A stretch of 29,931 bases of DNA, taken from contig JBGSTX010000204.1 in assembly GCA_041736305.1 (NCBI GenBank), forward strand, positions 1 through 29,931, in the 5' to 3' direction. Made by a program: the position numbers and the translations under genes. Shown here in pieces: positions 18,730-27,115 of this stretch. Position 1 is the stretch's first letter. Each line of letters starts with the position of its first letter. The notes under the pieces were generated by a model that was given only the letters and a program-made list of their open reading frames with translations, made no database searches and was not told the origin of the DNA. This stretch comes from Oligoflexus sp. (GTDB lineage Bacteria > Bdellovibrionota_B > Oligoflexia > Oligoflexales > Oligoflexaceae).

Positions 18730-19509
18730 TCACTTGCTAGCGATCAGATAGGCCACGTAGGATTCGCAGATTTCACCCTTTTCGACTCGCGTGTAGTTGC
18801 CGTCGCCTTCGCCGTCTTCATCGGTTCCTTCCCAATAGAAGTCGACTTTCTGAAAACCGCTCTCCATGAGGAGGTCATGGAGCTCAGGAAGGCCCCAGAG
18901 GCGCCAGTCGTAGGTGAAGACATTTTTGACCTTCTTCTTACCCTTCAGGCGGAAATGAATCGCGAATTGTGCGTGATTGGTCAAAGGGTCGAAGGTGTCC
19001 TGATCCCAGTAGTAGCTGAAGGTATCGTATTCCGTTTCATGCTCATTGGGTTCCATGCAGGCAGGTCCCCCAAAGCAGTCGAGAACCAGAAGGCCATCTT
19101 TTTTTAAAGTTTTCATGCAGTTTTCAAAGTAGGTTTTGAGCGTTGCCCGCTCTTTGAAGATGAAATATGAAAAATTCAAAGCCGCGATGATATCCGCTTC
19201 GGGCAGGCCGGCCTTCAACACATCGGCCTCGACGATGTGTACGCGCTTCTGCGCCGGAGCCGGGAGTTTGCTGAGGTAATGCTCGCGACCGTAGGCCAGT
19301 GGCTCAGGATCGAGATCGAGCGCAAAGGCTTCCTTATCTTCGGCTATACGCGTCCACTCGCAGCAGAGGGCAAAGGCAGCACAAAAATCTTCGCGGAGGG
19401 CTCGAGCAGGTTTTCCGCGCAGTTCTTTATAGACCCTATCAAGAAAAGCGGCATCGACGTCGGGCGACTGCACCGCGAGCTGGTAGTAGGCGTATTTATC
19501 GAGGGTCAT
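18730..19509 (-). CDS. Class I SAM-dependent methyltransferase
   Basis: LREDFC motif I variant; ALDLD, ADIIAALNFSY and GLLVLD motifs. Confidence 0.85.
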   Translation of the reverse strand: MTLDKYAYYQLAVQSPDVDAAFLDRVYKELRGKPARALREDFCAAFALCCEWTRIAEDKEAFALDLDPEPLAYGREHYLSKLPAPAQKRVHIVEADVLKAGLPEADIIAALNFSYFIFKERATLKTYFENCMKTLKKDGLLVLDCFGGPACMEPNEHETEYDTFSYYWDQDTFDPLTNHAQFAIHFRLKGKKKVKNVFTYDWRLWGLPELHDLLMESGFQKVDFYWEGTDEDGEGDGNYTRVEKGEICESYVAYLIASK

Positions 19510-19512
19510 AAT

Positions 19513-20700
19513 CTATCCTTTTCCAGATTGAAGTAGCTGGATAGCACCGCGATGCGTCTCGGTCAAGCCGCGGTGTAAGTTCAGCTCCTGACCCTTAGCA
19601 TGACCCCTGTGATAGTCGTCGTAGATAAGGCCTTGGCGCGAGCCGGCGCCGCGGTTGAGGCGAGGGTAGCGCTCCCTCACGAACTGCCGCAGTTCGGCAG
19701 CGGCTTGACGCTCGATCTCTAGACTCTTGGCACCGGAAAGTTCTAGTCCCCAGCTTCTGACATTATCGCGGAGCGTCGCACTCTGTTTGCTGAGCTTTTC
19801 ATGAAATCCATTGAGTACACCTAGATAGAACGATCGCTGCGAGGTGCGGGTCGAAGCAGAAGCGCTCTTCGCTTCTGATTCCTTGGCTTTTCTATGGGCG
19901 TTCCAAAGGAGGGGCAGCTGATTCCATAGAAACCAGTACACGTACTCCGCCATCTGCACGTTTTCGCGAGTCCCGAGAATTTCGAGGACCTTGAGCTGCG
20001 TTGCGGACTTGGCGTCGAATTGGTTCCGGCTCACGCAGTCGACATAGAAGTGGGTGCATAAAATACTGGAAATGCCCGACTGATGAGCGGGCATCACCTT
20101 TTTGCCGTGCTGTATCAGCGCGTAGGTGTAGCGCGCAGGCTGACCCTTCAAGACGCTCTCCAGCTGATGTCGGGCCGAGAGTTCACGGGCTTTTTCCATC
20201 GCCAGGCTGGCTTCGTGAGAATTGGAGGAGCCGCCGAGCGATAAGAGTTTTTCGACGCGTCGCAACCAGCGCTCCTCGTCCTCGCTCATCTGTCTGTGCT
20301 GCTGCACAGCTGTGCTGGGATCGACTTCGATGTGCGCGTGACGGGCCCAGGGTGCGATTCCCAGACGGGTACAGGCTCTCTGAAAGGCTGGGCCGTGAGC
20401 CTCCTCTTCGGCTGTTTCTGTAGAGGCGACGAGCGCATGGGCTATCTCATGTTTGAAAATCTCAAGAACAACATCCCAGGAATAATCTCGCAAGAGGTGC
20501 ACCGAGAGACTGAGACGTCGCTGCAAGGCATCGTAGTAGCCATAACGCTGCTTGCCCTCGTGCAGAGTGATCAGGGGAGTTGCGAGGGGAGGCAGCTGGT
20601 AGTAGCGGAGGGTTTCTTGCCATTCGCGATAGAGCTGTACTACCCAGCTACGCTCGAGTTCGTTGAGAACAGCTTCATGGGCATGAAAATAGCTATGCAT
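19513..20700 (-). CDS. SprT-like zinc metalloprotease domain plus DUF2786 domain protein
   Basis: HEIAH...HGPAF zincin motif; RVEKLLSLGGSSNSHEASLA (DUF2786). Start 20700 (AAGGA RBS) or 20730. Confidence 0.85.
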   Translation of the reverse strand: MHSYFHAHEAVLNELERSWVVQLYREWQETLRYYQLPPLATPLITLHEGKQRYGYYDALQRRLSLSVHLLRDYSWDVVLEIFKHEIAHALVASTETAEEEAHGPAFQRACTRLGIAPWARHAHIEVDPSTAVQQHRQMSEDEERWLRRVEKLLSLGGSSNSHEASLAMEKARELSARHQLESVLKGQPARYTYALIQHGKKVMPAHQSGISSILCTHFYVDCVSRNQFDAKSATQLKVLEILGTRENVQMAEYVYWFLWNQLPLLWNAHRKAKESEAKSASASTRTSQRSFYLGVLNGFHEKLSKQSATLRDNVRSWGLELSGAKSLEIERQAAAELRQFVRERYPRLNRGAGSRQGLIYDDYHRGHAKGQELNLHRGLTETHRGAIQLLQSGKG

Positions 20701-20704
20701 AGAG

Positions 20705-21613
20705 TCAGATCCTTTTCTTGCCGTGTTCATAGCCGCCTTCGAGCACGGGGCTGGAGTCGCTCCAGTAAAAACCCTCCCCCGCCTCCATCCGACCGATGCG
20801 GACGCAGCCTGCTAGCTGAGGCAGGGAGCTAAGTACAGTATGGAAGTGTGCAGGCATCGTAAAGCAAAGTTCGAAATCCTCGCCGTCACTCAGAGCGTGA
20901 GAGATCGCGCGCTCGGGAGGCAGCTGCTTGAGATCTTTGCGAAGAGGTATGAGTCGCCGCTCAATAACTGCTTTGAGACCACTCGAGCTTGCGAGATGTC
21001 GCAAGTCTTTGCCGAGTCCATCCGAGAGGTCAATCATGGAATTCACCACGCAGTGTTCCATGAGTGAGCTTGCCTCGCGGAGGCGCGGTTCAAAATAGAG
21101 GTGGTGAGCACTCGGATAGCTCGCTCCGAGAGGGCCGCTGACCCATATGGAATCCCCAGGCTGGGCGCCACTCCGAAGAACCGCTCCTTTAGCATGAGCG
21201 CGGCCGATGACGGTAACTGAGATGACGAGCGGTCCATCCCAGATATTGGTATCGCCACCGGCGATCGCGACTTCATAGCGCTCAGCGAGCTGACCGAGTC
21301 CTGTATAAAGAGCTTTGAGAAAAGCCGCATCGCAGAGAGAACGAGGTAGAGCGAGGGCCACGTAGGCGGAGAGAGGGATGCCACCCATAGCTGCAATATC
21401 GCTAAGATTGACGGCCAAAGCTTTACGTCCGATGGCTTCGGCGGGGTGTTCTTGTGTAAGGAAGTGAACACCATCCATCAGCATATCTTTGCACACCAGC
21501 TGCTGCCGCGCTTCGGGAGCGAGGACAGCAGAATCGTCACCGATTCCCTTAATTATACTGGCATTCAGCGGACACTGCGCCGTCAACTGGCTAATGATGT
21601 TCAACTCGTCCAT
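20705..21613 (-). CDS. thiL: Thiamine-monophosphate kinase
   Basis: GIGDDSA, GVHF, AVNLSDIAAMG, GGDT, IDLSDGL and GEDFEL motifs. Confidence 0.96.
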   Translation of the reverse strand: MDELNIISQLTAQCPLNASIIKGIGDDSAVLAPEARQQLVCKDMLMDGVHFLTQEHPAEAIGRKALAVNLSDIAAMGGIPLSAYVALALPRSLCDAAFLKALYTGLGQLAERYEVAIAGGDTNIWDGPLVISVTVIGRAHAKGAVLRSGAQPGDSIWVSGPLGASYPSAHHLYFEPRLREASSLMEHCVVNSMIDLSDGLGKDLRHLASSSGLKAVIERRLIPLRKDLKQLPPERAISHALSDGEDFELCFTMPAHFHTVLSSLPQLAGCVRIGRMEAGEGFYWSDSSPVLEGGYEHGKKRI

Positions 21614-22626
21614 GCGAAGATGTCTCCAATTTGTGAGGCTTCTATCTCGCGTTCGCTCGCGAGCAATCCAACCGAGCTCGCCGCCAAGCCTAAGACCTTC
21701 GCTGCGCTCATTCCTGATGCACGCAGCTGCTTCAGCGAAGTCGAGCCGTCGCGCTTAGAGAGTTTCCGCCCCGTGGTTTCCCAGATCAAAGGATGATGAC
21801 AGTAGTAGCGAGGGGCCGCTAGCTCGAGCACTTGGGCGAGCTGGATCTGACGACCGCTGGCTTCGAGGATATCCTGACCACGGATTACGAAGTCTATATT
21901 TTCTAGAGCATCGTCGATGACTACACAGAAGTTATAGGTCCAGTTGCCGATCCGCTCGCGTAGGAGGAGATCTCCGCATTGCTGGGCTGGAAGCTGCTCC
22001 TGCGGACCGAGATAGAGGTCGTGAAAGCTGATAGGAACAGCGGCTAGCTGAACCCGAGAACCGAGTCCTGATCGCAGAACCTTTGTGCCGCTAGGACGGC
22101 AGTGGCCGTCGTAAGGAATGTCGGCTCCAGCTTCGCTAGTCTCTTGCCGTCTTTCTAAGAGATCTTTCCTACTGCAGCTGCAGGGGTAAACAACTTGCTT
22201 TTGGTCGAGCTGCTCCCAGCTTGCCAGGTAACGTTCGGGATGTTGGCTCTGCTGACTCACCCTGGGCTCGCTTGAAGCAAGATCGAGTAAACCCAGCCAT
22301 TGCAGATCATCGAGCAAGGACTGGGTATACTCGGGCCGGCAGCGTTGGCGATCGTGATCTTCGATACGCACTAGCACTTTAGCCTTGATAGCCTCCGCAA
22401 TTCCCCAGACAAATAACGCCGAAGCAACATGTCCGAGATGCAGATATCCCGTAGGGCTTGGCGCAAAACGAGTTCGCAGCCCTTCGGGAAGCTTGGCTAG
22501 CTGCTGACAAAATGGGGAGGACAAGACGAAACTCTCTTTTTTAAGCACAATCCTCGCATTGTGAAGAGTTTTAGCTTGTGAGGCAACGAATTTTCCGCAA
22601 TGATGGGGCTGCTTACTTTTTGTCAT
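21601..22626 (-). CDS. gluQ: Glutamyl-Q tRNA(Asp) synthetase (GluRS catalytic-domain paralog)
   Basis: RFAPSPTGYLHLGH, RIEDHD, CSCSR, IRGQD and KLSKR motifs; no anticodon-binding domain. The true start is probably about 25-35 codons downstream of 22626. Confidence 0.9.
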   Translation of the reverse strand: MTKSKQPHHCGKFVASQAKTLHNARIVLKKESFVLSSPFCQQLAKLPEGLRTRFAPSPTGYLHLGHVASALFVWGIAEAIKAKVLVRIEDHDRQRCRPEYTQSLLDDLQWLGLLDLASSEPRVSQQSQHPERYLASWEQLDQKQVVYPCSCSRKDLLERRQETSEAGADIPYDGHCRPSGTKVLRSGLGSRVQLAAVPISFHDLYLGPQEQLPAQQCGDLLLRERIGNWTYNFCVVIDDALENIDFVIRGQDILEASGRQIQLAQVLELAAPRYYCHHPLIWETTGRKLSKRDGSTSLKQLRASGMSAAKVLGLAASSVGLLASEREIEASQIGDIFAWTS

Positions 22627-22637
22627 AGGCGTCGGAT

Positions 22638-23453
22638 ATGCAGGTCAAGCGGCCTTCCATCGATGTACTTGTATTTGATTCAGGTTTAGGCGGACTATCC
22701 GTCCTTTCCTCTATGCAATCGACCCTTCCCCATCTCAAATACGCTTATTTGGCAGATAATGCAGCTCTTCCCTACGGTGAAAAGCCCGAGGCCTGGCTTA
22801 TCGATCGTGTCTCGAAGGTCATCGATTCAGCTCTCCATAGACTTGATGCTCGCCTTCTCGTCATTGCTTGTAATACGGCGAGTACTTTAGTCCTTCCTCG
22901 TCTGCGCAGCGAATGGGATATGCCTATCGTCGGTGTGGTCCCTGCGATCCGGCCGGCTGCAAAACTCAGCCGCACGCGCGTCATCGGTTTGCTGGCAACG
23001 CCTGCTACCATCAACCGACCTTATATCGATTCCCTGATCCGAGAATATGGTGAAGACTGCGAAGTAATTCGCGTGGGAAGCTCAGCTTTGGTCGAGATCG
23101 CTGAACGAAAGATGCGCGGAGAAGCTAGCGCTGCCGATCTCGAAGTGATCGCGGAGATTTGCCGCCCACTCAGGGCTTCGGCTGCGGACGTCGTGATCCT
23201 TGGCTGTACTCATTTTCCACTACTGACCGATGAACTGCGAGAGCTTCTCCCTGGGGTGCTCTTGATTGACTCCGGTCAAGCCATAGCTCGCCGCGTGGCT
23301 TCTCTCCTCGCTCTTGACTCTAGTTCGGTGGAGACTCAGGTACACGAGCAGCCTGCTTTTTTCACGGCTAACAATCCTAGTCCTCTGGCTGGTGTGTTGG
23401 CACGCTATGGGCTTAATCAGCTGCAGACTCTTCCACACTTAGATTTGCTTTGA
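22638..23453 (+). CDS. murI: Glutamate racemase
   Basis: FDSGLGGLSV, PYG, IACNTAS and LGCTHFP motifs. Confidence 0.97.
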   Translation: MQVKRPSIDVLVFDSGLGGLSVLSSMQSTLPHLKYAYLADNAALPYGEKPEAWLIDRVSKVIDSALHRLDARLLVIACNTASTLVLPRLRSEWDMPIVGVVPAIRPAAKLSRTRVIGLLATPATINRPYIDSLIREYGEDCEVIRVGSSALVEIAERKMRGEASAADLEVIAEICRPLRASAADVVILGCTHFPLLTDELRELLPGVLLIDSGQAIARRVASLLALDSSSVETQVHEQPAFFTANNPSPLAGVLARYGLNQLQTLPHLDLL

Positions 23454-23563
23454 AGACTTGCGAAAGCTTGGCTAAAGCCTGAATTTTTTCGCGTTGCAGC
23501 AATATTTTCCTCGCCAAAATCTTTGCGTCTCAGTAAAAGCCACCAAACCCTTACTGGCGATGG

Positions 23564-24871
23564 ATGGCACCAATGAACCTTCGTAAGATCTATCATGTTT
23601 TGAGCCTACTCATGGTGGTCCTCCTGATCCCTGCTTGCGTTCACTCAAGGCCGGTTGCCACTATCGAAGAGGCGCAAGCGGCCAATCGAGAAGGGCTTCT
23701 TTTGGAGATCGAAGCAGATTTCGTGGAGACCTTACGGAAGGAAGGTACTAAGCAGCCCGTACTGGTCGAACTCACTGCCGATTGGTGCGGGGCCTGTCAA
23801 AGCATTAAGAAACGCATCGAGCGCCTGGCTGCCAAAGGCAAGGGCCGCTACCTCGTCGCCAGTCTCGATGTGAGTGGTCGCGAAGAGATCATGGTCCAAT
23901 TCGGAGTGAAGGCGCTTCCGGCCTTTTTTCTCTATCTACCGGGTGAGCCGCGTGAACTCAAGGCGGTAGGATCCGATGTCATGCCGGCTCTTGAAAAGAT
24001 TTTGAAAGAGAACGCGAGGGCTCCAGCTCCCTTTCCCATGCGGAAGGATCCGCTCCCAAACGGCATCAAAGCCGTAATCGTAGCAGGAAGCAGCGACGCT
24101 GCAAATTTCACCGAAGAGATCTATCTGCAGTATATCTGGCTCAAAGAGCGCGGGCTCAAAATCGAAGAAATAGCCTGTTTTTATGCCCGCCCCAATACGC
24201 TGCAGTACTACCAAGATCAGGCGCAATTCGAAAGGTTTCGGGAATTCTACGGCCTCTGCAAGCTCGCCGAAAAAGCCGACGTGCTGACTGCCGTCGCTCA
24301 GGGACTGAAAGAGCAGCCGGACGCGTTTTATCTTTATATCAGCACGCATGGTAATAAGCCTGAGAGCGTGAAAATCCCGGGCCAGCAGGCCCCTGGAGCG
24401 GAAAAGGCAGAGTCTCAGGATTCTGGGGATTTTACCCTCGTCCTCGACAGTCGGGATAAAGCCAAGGCCTCTGCCGACGGCTGGCTCACGCCCGAGGATC
24501 TCGCCCAGGAATTTTCAAAAGCACCTCAGACCAAGAAAATTGTGGTCCTCCAAGCCTGCTATAGCGGGGGCTTTATCTCAGCACAGAACGAGCCGCAAAC
24601 GCATCCGAGTCCGCTGGCCCAGCTTCCGGCGATGACTCTTCTCACCGCTTCGCGGGCGGATCGCGTGAGTTTTGGCTGCGAAACAGGGGCGATGCTCACC
24701 GAGTATGGGCACAGTTTTCTCAAGGTCGCCGTCGAAGAGAAGGCAAAGATCTCGGAGATTGATTGGCAAGCTCTGGCTGCAAAGGTCGCCGAAGATATAA
24801 ACGCCAAGGAAAGCCGCGGTCGCTTTAGTCAGGATCAGCGGTCGCTTCCGCAGTTCTTTCAAAAGCCCTGA
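23564..24871 (+). CDS. Lipoprotein fusing a thioredoxin domain to a clan CD (C13/legumain-like) cysteine peptidase domain
   Basis: Lipobox-like LIPAC; TADWCGAC and VKALP (thioredoxin); LYISTHG, VVLQACYSGGF and TASRADRVSFGC (C13-type His-Cys dyad). Confidence 0.8.
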   Translation: MAPMNLRKIYHVLSLLMVVLLIPACVHSRPVATIEEAQAANREGLLLEIEADFVETLRKEGTKQPVLVELTADWCGACQSIKKRIERLAAKGKGRYLVASLDVSGREEIMVQFGVKALPAFFLYLPGEPRELKAVGSDVMPALEKILKENARAPAPFPMRKDPLPNGIKAVIVAGSSDAANFTEEIYLQYIWLKERGLKIEEIACFYARPNTLQYYQDQAQFERFREFYGLCKLAEKADVLTAVAQGLKEQPDAFYLYISTHGNKPESVKIPGQQAPGAEKAESQDSGDFTLVLDSRDKAKASADGWLTPEDLAQEFSKAPQTKKIVVLQACYSGGFISAQNEPQTHPSPLAQLPAMTLLTASRADRVSFGCETGAMLTEYGHSFLKVAVEEKAKISEIDWQALAAKVAEDINAKESRGRFSQDQRSLPQFFQKP

Positions 24872-24934
24872 ACAGCGTCTTTTCTGAGCTCATTATATCC
24901 GCAGCTTGCCTGTCCATCGCTTCAAGCTTAGTCA

Positions 24935-25162
24935 TTAGCGCTTTAGAAGCTGGTGCTCTATTTTGCCAATGGCGAACGCTATGAGTATATACTCGACACA
25001 AACTTGCACAGCTCGCTCCAGATTGAGGACGATGATGTCCTGGGCGTCGATATCTGTCAGCAACAGACTGAGCTGAGTCGGCTTCTTTTGGCGCACACGT
25101 TGCAAGCAGCGGAGGACTGTTTCGCTTTTTTCAGTGAGAAGTTGTGCATTTACTTTTCCCAC
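24935..25162 (-). pseudogene. hepT: 3'-truncated HepT/DUF86 (HEPN) toxin
   Basis: N-terminal half QDIIVLNLERAVQVCV is typical of HepT. Sequence beyond about 24995 is unrelated and the RX4-6H RNase motif is absent. The start overlaps the mntA stop. Confidence 0.82.
24945..24994 (+). repeat. 50-bp direct repeat, copy 1 (copy 2 at 27383-27432)
   Basis: AGAAGCTGGTGCTCTATTTTGCCAATGGCGA(A/G)CGCTATGAGTAT(A/G)TACTC, 48/50 identical. Confidence 0.95.
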
Positions 25163-25536
25163 GCTTTCAGCCTCTCTTGCAGAATTTTTTCAACGAATCG
25201 CCCATCGTCTTCACGCTCATACCACATCCGTTTTAGCAGCTGCTCATAGATGCTTGCATCACGCAGCAAGATGATCGTTCCGCCGGTGAGGATTTCTGTG
25301 AGAAGAGCGCCATGAGCCTTGCGAAAATCGACAAGGTCCACTTCGCGCTGAAGCAGGTGCCTGATGCGATCCGCGAGATTCAGCAGAGCCTCTGGATCGA
25401 GGGGCTTGTCCTTGTGCACCGCCACGTCCACATCAGATTCAGGACCTTCCAGTCCCTTGGCGAAGGAGCCGTAGAGGACAGCCATACCGATGTCTAGCTC
25501 CTGACTCAGGAAAGCGCTCAGCTTTTCTTTTACCAT
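25150..25536 (-). CDS. mntA: MntA-type minimal nucleotidyltransferase antitoxin
   Basis: GS-X10-DVD (YGSFAKGLEGPESDVD) and VDLVD motifs; GGAGGAG RBS; coupled to the hepT fragment. Confidence 0.9.
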   Translation of the reverse strand: MVKEKLSAFLSQELDIGMAVLYGSFAKGLEGPESDVDVAVHKDKPLDPEALLNLADRIRHLLQREVDLVDFRKAHGALLTEILTGGTIILLRDASIYEQLLKRMWYEREDDGRFVEKILQERLKAWEK

Positions 25537-25608
25537 GAATCTTGCTCCTCCATCGGAGAGGCCAGACTAACAAATTGAGAAAGGACCTACGAGTCCTAGA
25601 TCGCAGAC

Positions 25609-26742
25609 TCATTTACGTTTGACGATTCTTGCTTTCTTTTCGCCCCAGAAAAGTAGGTAGGCCCCTTTGTTTTGCATCCCTCCAGCAATATATCTTTTTC
25701 CATTCCATTCAATCAGGTCTTTGGGTTGAATTTTGTATCTTTGTTCCCTGATCGAAGGTGCCTGACCATTTCTATTTTGTTGAATAGAGCGGTTGTTTCG
25801 TCTTTTTTGCGCAATTAAGAAGACCTGTGTTCGCTTTTGATGACGACCTCTTGCAATGATAAAGGCATCATTATTATGGGTTTTTGGAATGCCGAGCTGC
25901 TCCCGCTCAAATTTTGTTTCATAGCCAAAAGCTTCCGAGAAGTCTGGATTGCGCTTTAGCAGCTGGCTGCGAACGATATTCATCATGGTCGCGGTTTTGA
26001 GAGTCTTGTGCTTTTTGATATTGATTTGCAGCTTGCCAGCATGCAGATCGGCATGATGTTTTTCGCAAAGTGTCAGAAGGTTTGAAGGGGCATCGCTTCC
26101 GCCCCGACTTTTGAACAAAATGTGGTGAACATGAAGCTTTTCCACGCAGCCTTTTTTCCCTGCCTGACAAGTATAGCCATCTCTGGCAAGGATATACTGT
26201 TTGACATTATAAAAGCCTTTTTGAACTCCGTCTTGATAATTTTTCCCCGAAATATCGGGCTTGTTGATTTTCGCCATATCAAAGTTATTGGCTTCAATAA
26301 TGATCTTTGAGATTGGCAAGATTTTTTGCAGATTTCTGATGATCTGCTCGTGAGTCCCCACTTTTTGCTTGATTGAGGGCTGCAGTGCCTTTCTCTTTCG
26401 ATTGTCAAACCTCGCTGCCCTGTAACGGGTTTTATTCCCGCGCCTAGTCCTACGGTAGGATCTTCTTTCAGTCACTTTTTCTGAAACGTCCGTGCGGATT
26501 TTGTATTCGGCTGCAAAAACTTCGTTGGTTTCAGAAGTTACGCTGACTCCAACCGTCCCAAATCCAAGATCCTGACCTAGAGTCAAAGGCTGAACCGCGT
26601 CTTCAGATCGGTAAGTCAATTGAATCGTGAAGGGAAACCGTTTGACGACTTTCACCTTTCCGTCCCGCATGCAGCGGCGCACCCACCCATGCCTTGCGGT
26701 GGGCATGAGCGGCTTTCCGGTTTTTGATAAGACATAAACCAT
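25609..26742 (-). CDS. iscB: RNA-guided endonuclease IscB (OMEGA system), C-terminus possibly clipped
   Basis: N-terminal KPLMPT (PLMP), RuvC-I LGQDLG, Arg-rich bridge helix RRSYRRTRR, RuvC-II IIIE, HNH HVHHI...GGSD..SNLLTLCEKHH, RuvC-III KTHNNDA; visibly more AT-rich than host genes. Confidence 0.96.
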   Translation of the reverse strand: MVYVLSKTGKPLMPTARHGWVRRCMRDGKVKVVKRFPFTIQLTYRSEDAVQPLTLGQDLGFGTVGVSVTSETNEVFAAEYKIRTDVSEKVTERRSYRRTRRGNKTRYRAARFDNRKRKALQPSIKQKVGTHEQIIRNLQKILPISKIIIEANNFDMAKINKPDISGKNYQDGVQKGFYNVKQYILARDGYTCQAGKKGCVEKLHVHHILFKSRGGSDAPSNLLTLCEKHHADLHAGKLQINIKKHKTLKTATMMNIVRSQLLKRNPDFSEAFGYETKFEREQLGIPKTHNNDAFIIARGRHQKRTQVFLIAQKRRNNRSIQQNRNGQAPSIREQRYKIQPKDLIEWNGKRYIAGGMQNKGAYLLFWGEKKARIVKRK

Positions 26743-27033
26743 TTTCTTTTTTCTCCCCCGTCAGGGGGCCTGTAAAGCAGCCTTGCGGCTGTGGATTCTC
26801 TTCGACACTGTTATCCGGCGGTTTTTGTGAAAAGCACTGTTCCTACCCATCAGAACTGTTTAGCCGTTCACCCCAGAGCCTGGAACTAGAGAAGCATCCC
26901 AAGGTGGCTATGTCATTCGCCAGTAACGTAGCCTTGTTGCCAAGGCTGAGTCTAATCAATCAAGAGCTTGGAAATTGGTTTCCTTCTTTCCAAGCCCTAC
27001 CCATACCCGTCAGGGTTGGGTGGGGTGATTGAC
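25609..27033 (-). mobile_element. Non-autonomous IS200/IS605-family iscB element (no tnpA); omegaRNA-side end intact, distal end not found
   Basis: End at 27033 (minus GTCAATCACCCC, plus ...TTGAC) with a subterminal hairpin; no matching hairpin after the iscB stop. Confidence 0.8.
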
Positions 27034-27053
27034 ATCTTCGGTGGTAATAATTT
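26755..27053 (-). ncRNA. omegaRNA (HEARO-like): scaffold about 27033 to 26755, plus 5' guide from the flank (about 27053 to 27034)
   Basis: Minus strand GTCAATCACCCC..GGGCTTG..GATTGATTAGACTCAG..CTACGTTA..GGATGCTTCTCTAGTTCC..CTCTG..TAAACAG..GGAACAGTG..AAACC..ATAACAGTGTCGAAG matches the conserved blocks of iscB omegaRNAs; multiple hairpins. Guide length is assumed. Confidence 0.88.
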
Positions 27054-27115
27054 CGCTGCCCTCCTGAGTAGCGCTAAGCGACACTGCACTGCATGTGAAA
27101 TCCAGGAGCGATTGA

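Noticed and set aside
24953..25249. 98-aa plus-strand ORF starting MLYFANGERYEY
   Set aside because: A chimera of the 50-bp repeat and antisense hepT/mntA sequence.
26743..27060. CRISPR array associated with iscB
   Set aside because: No regularly spaced repeats were seen here or elsewhere in the window; the region fits a single omegaRNA.
27029..27060. Hybrid outward promoter from the IS end (TTGAC plus A gives TTGACA)
   Set aside because: The -10-like hexamers TAATAA and TAATTT are only 10-13 nt away, not 16-18.
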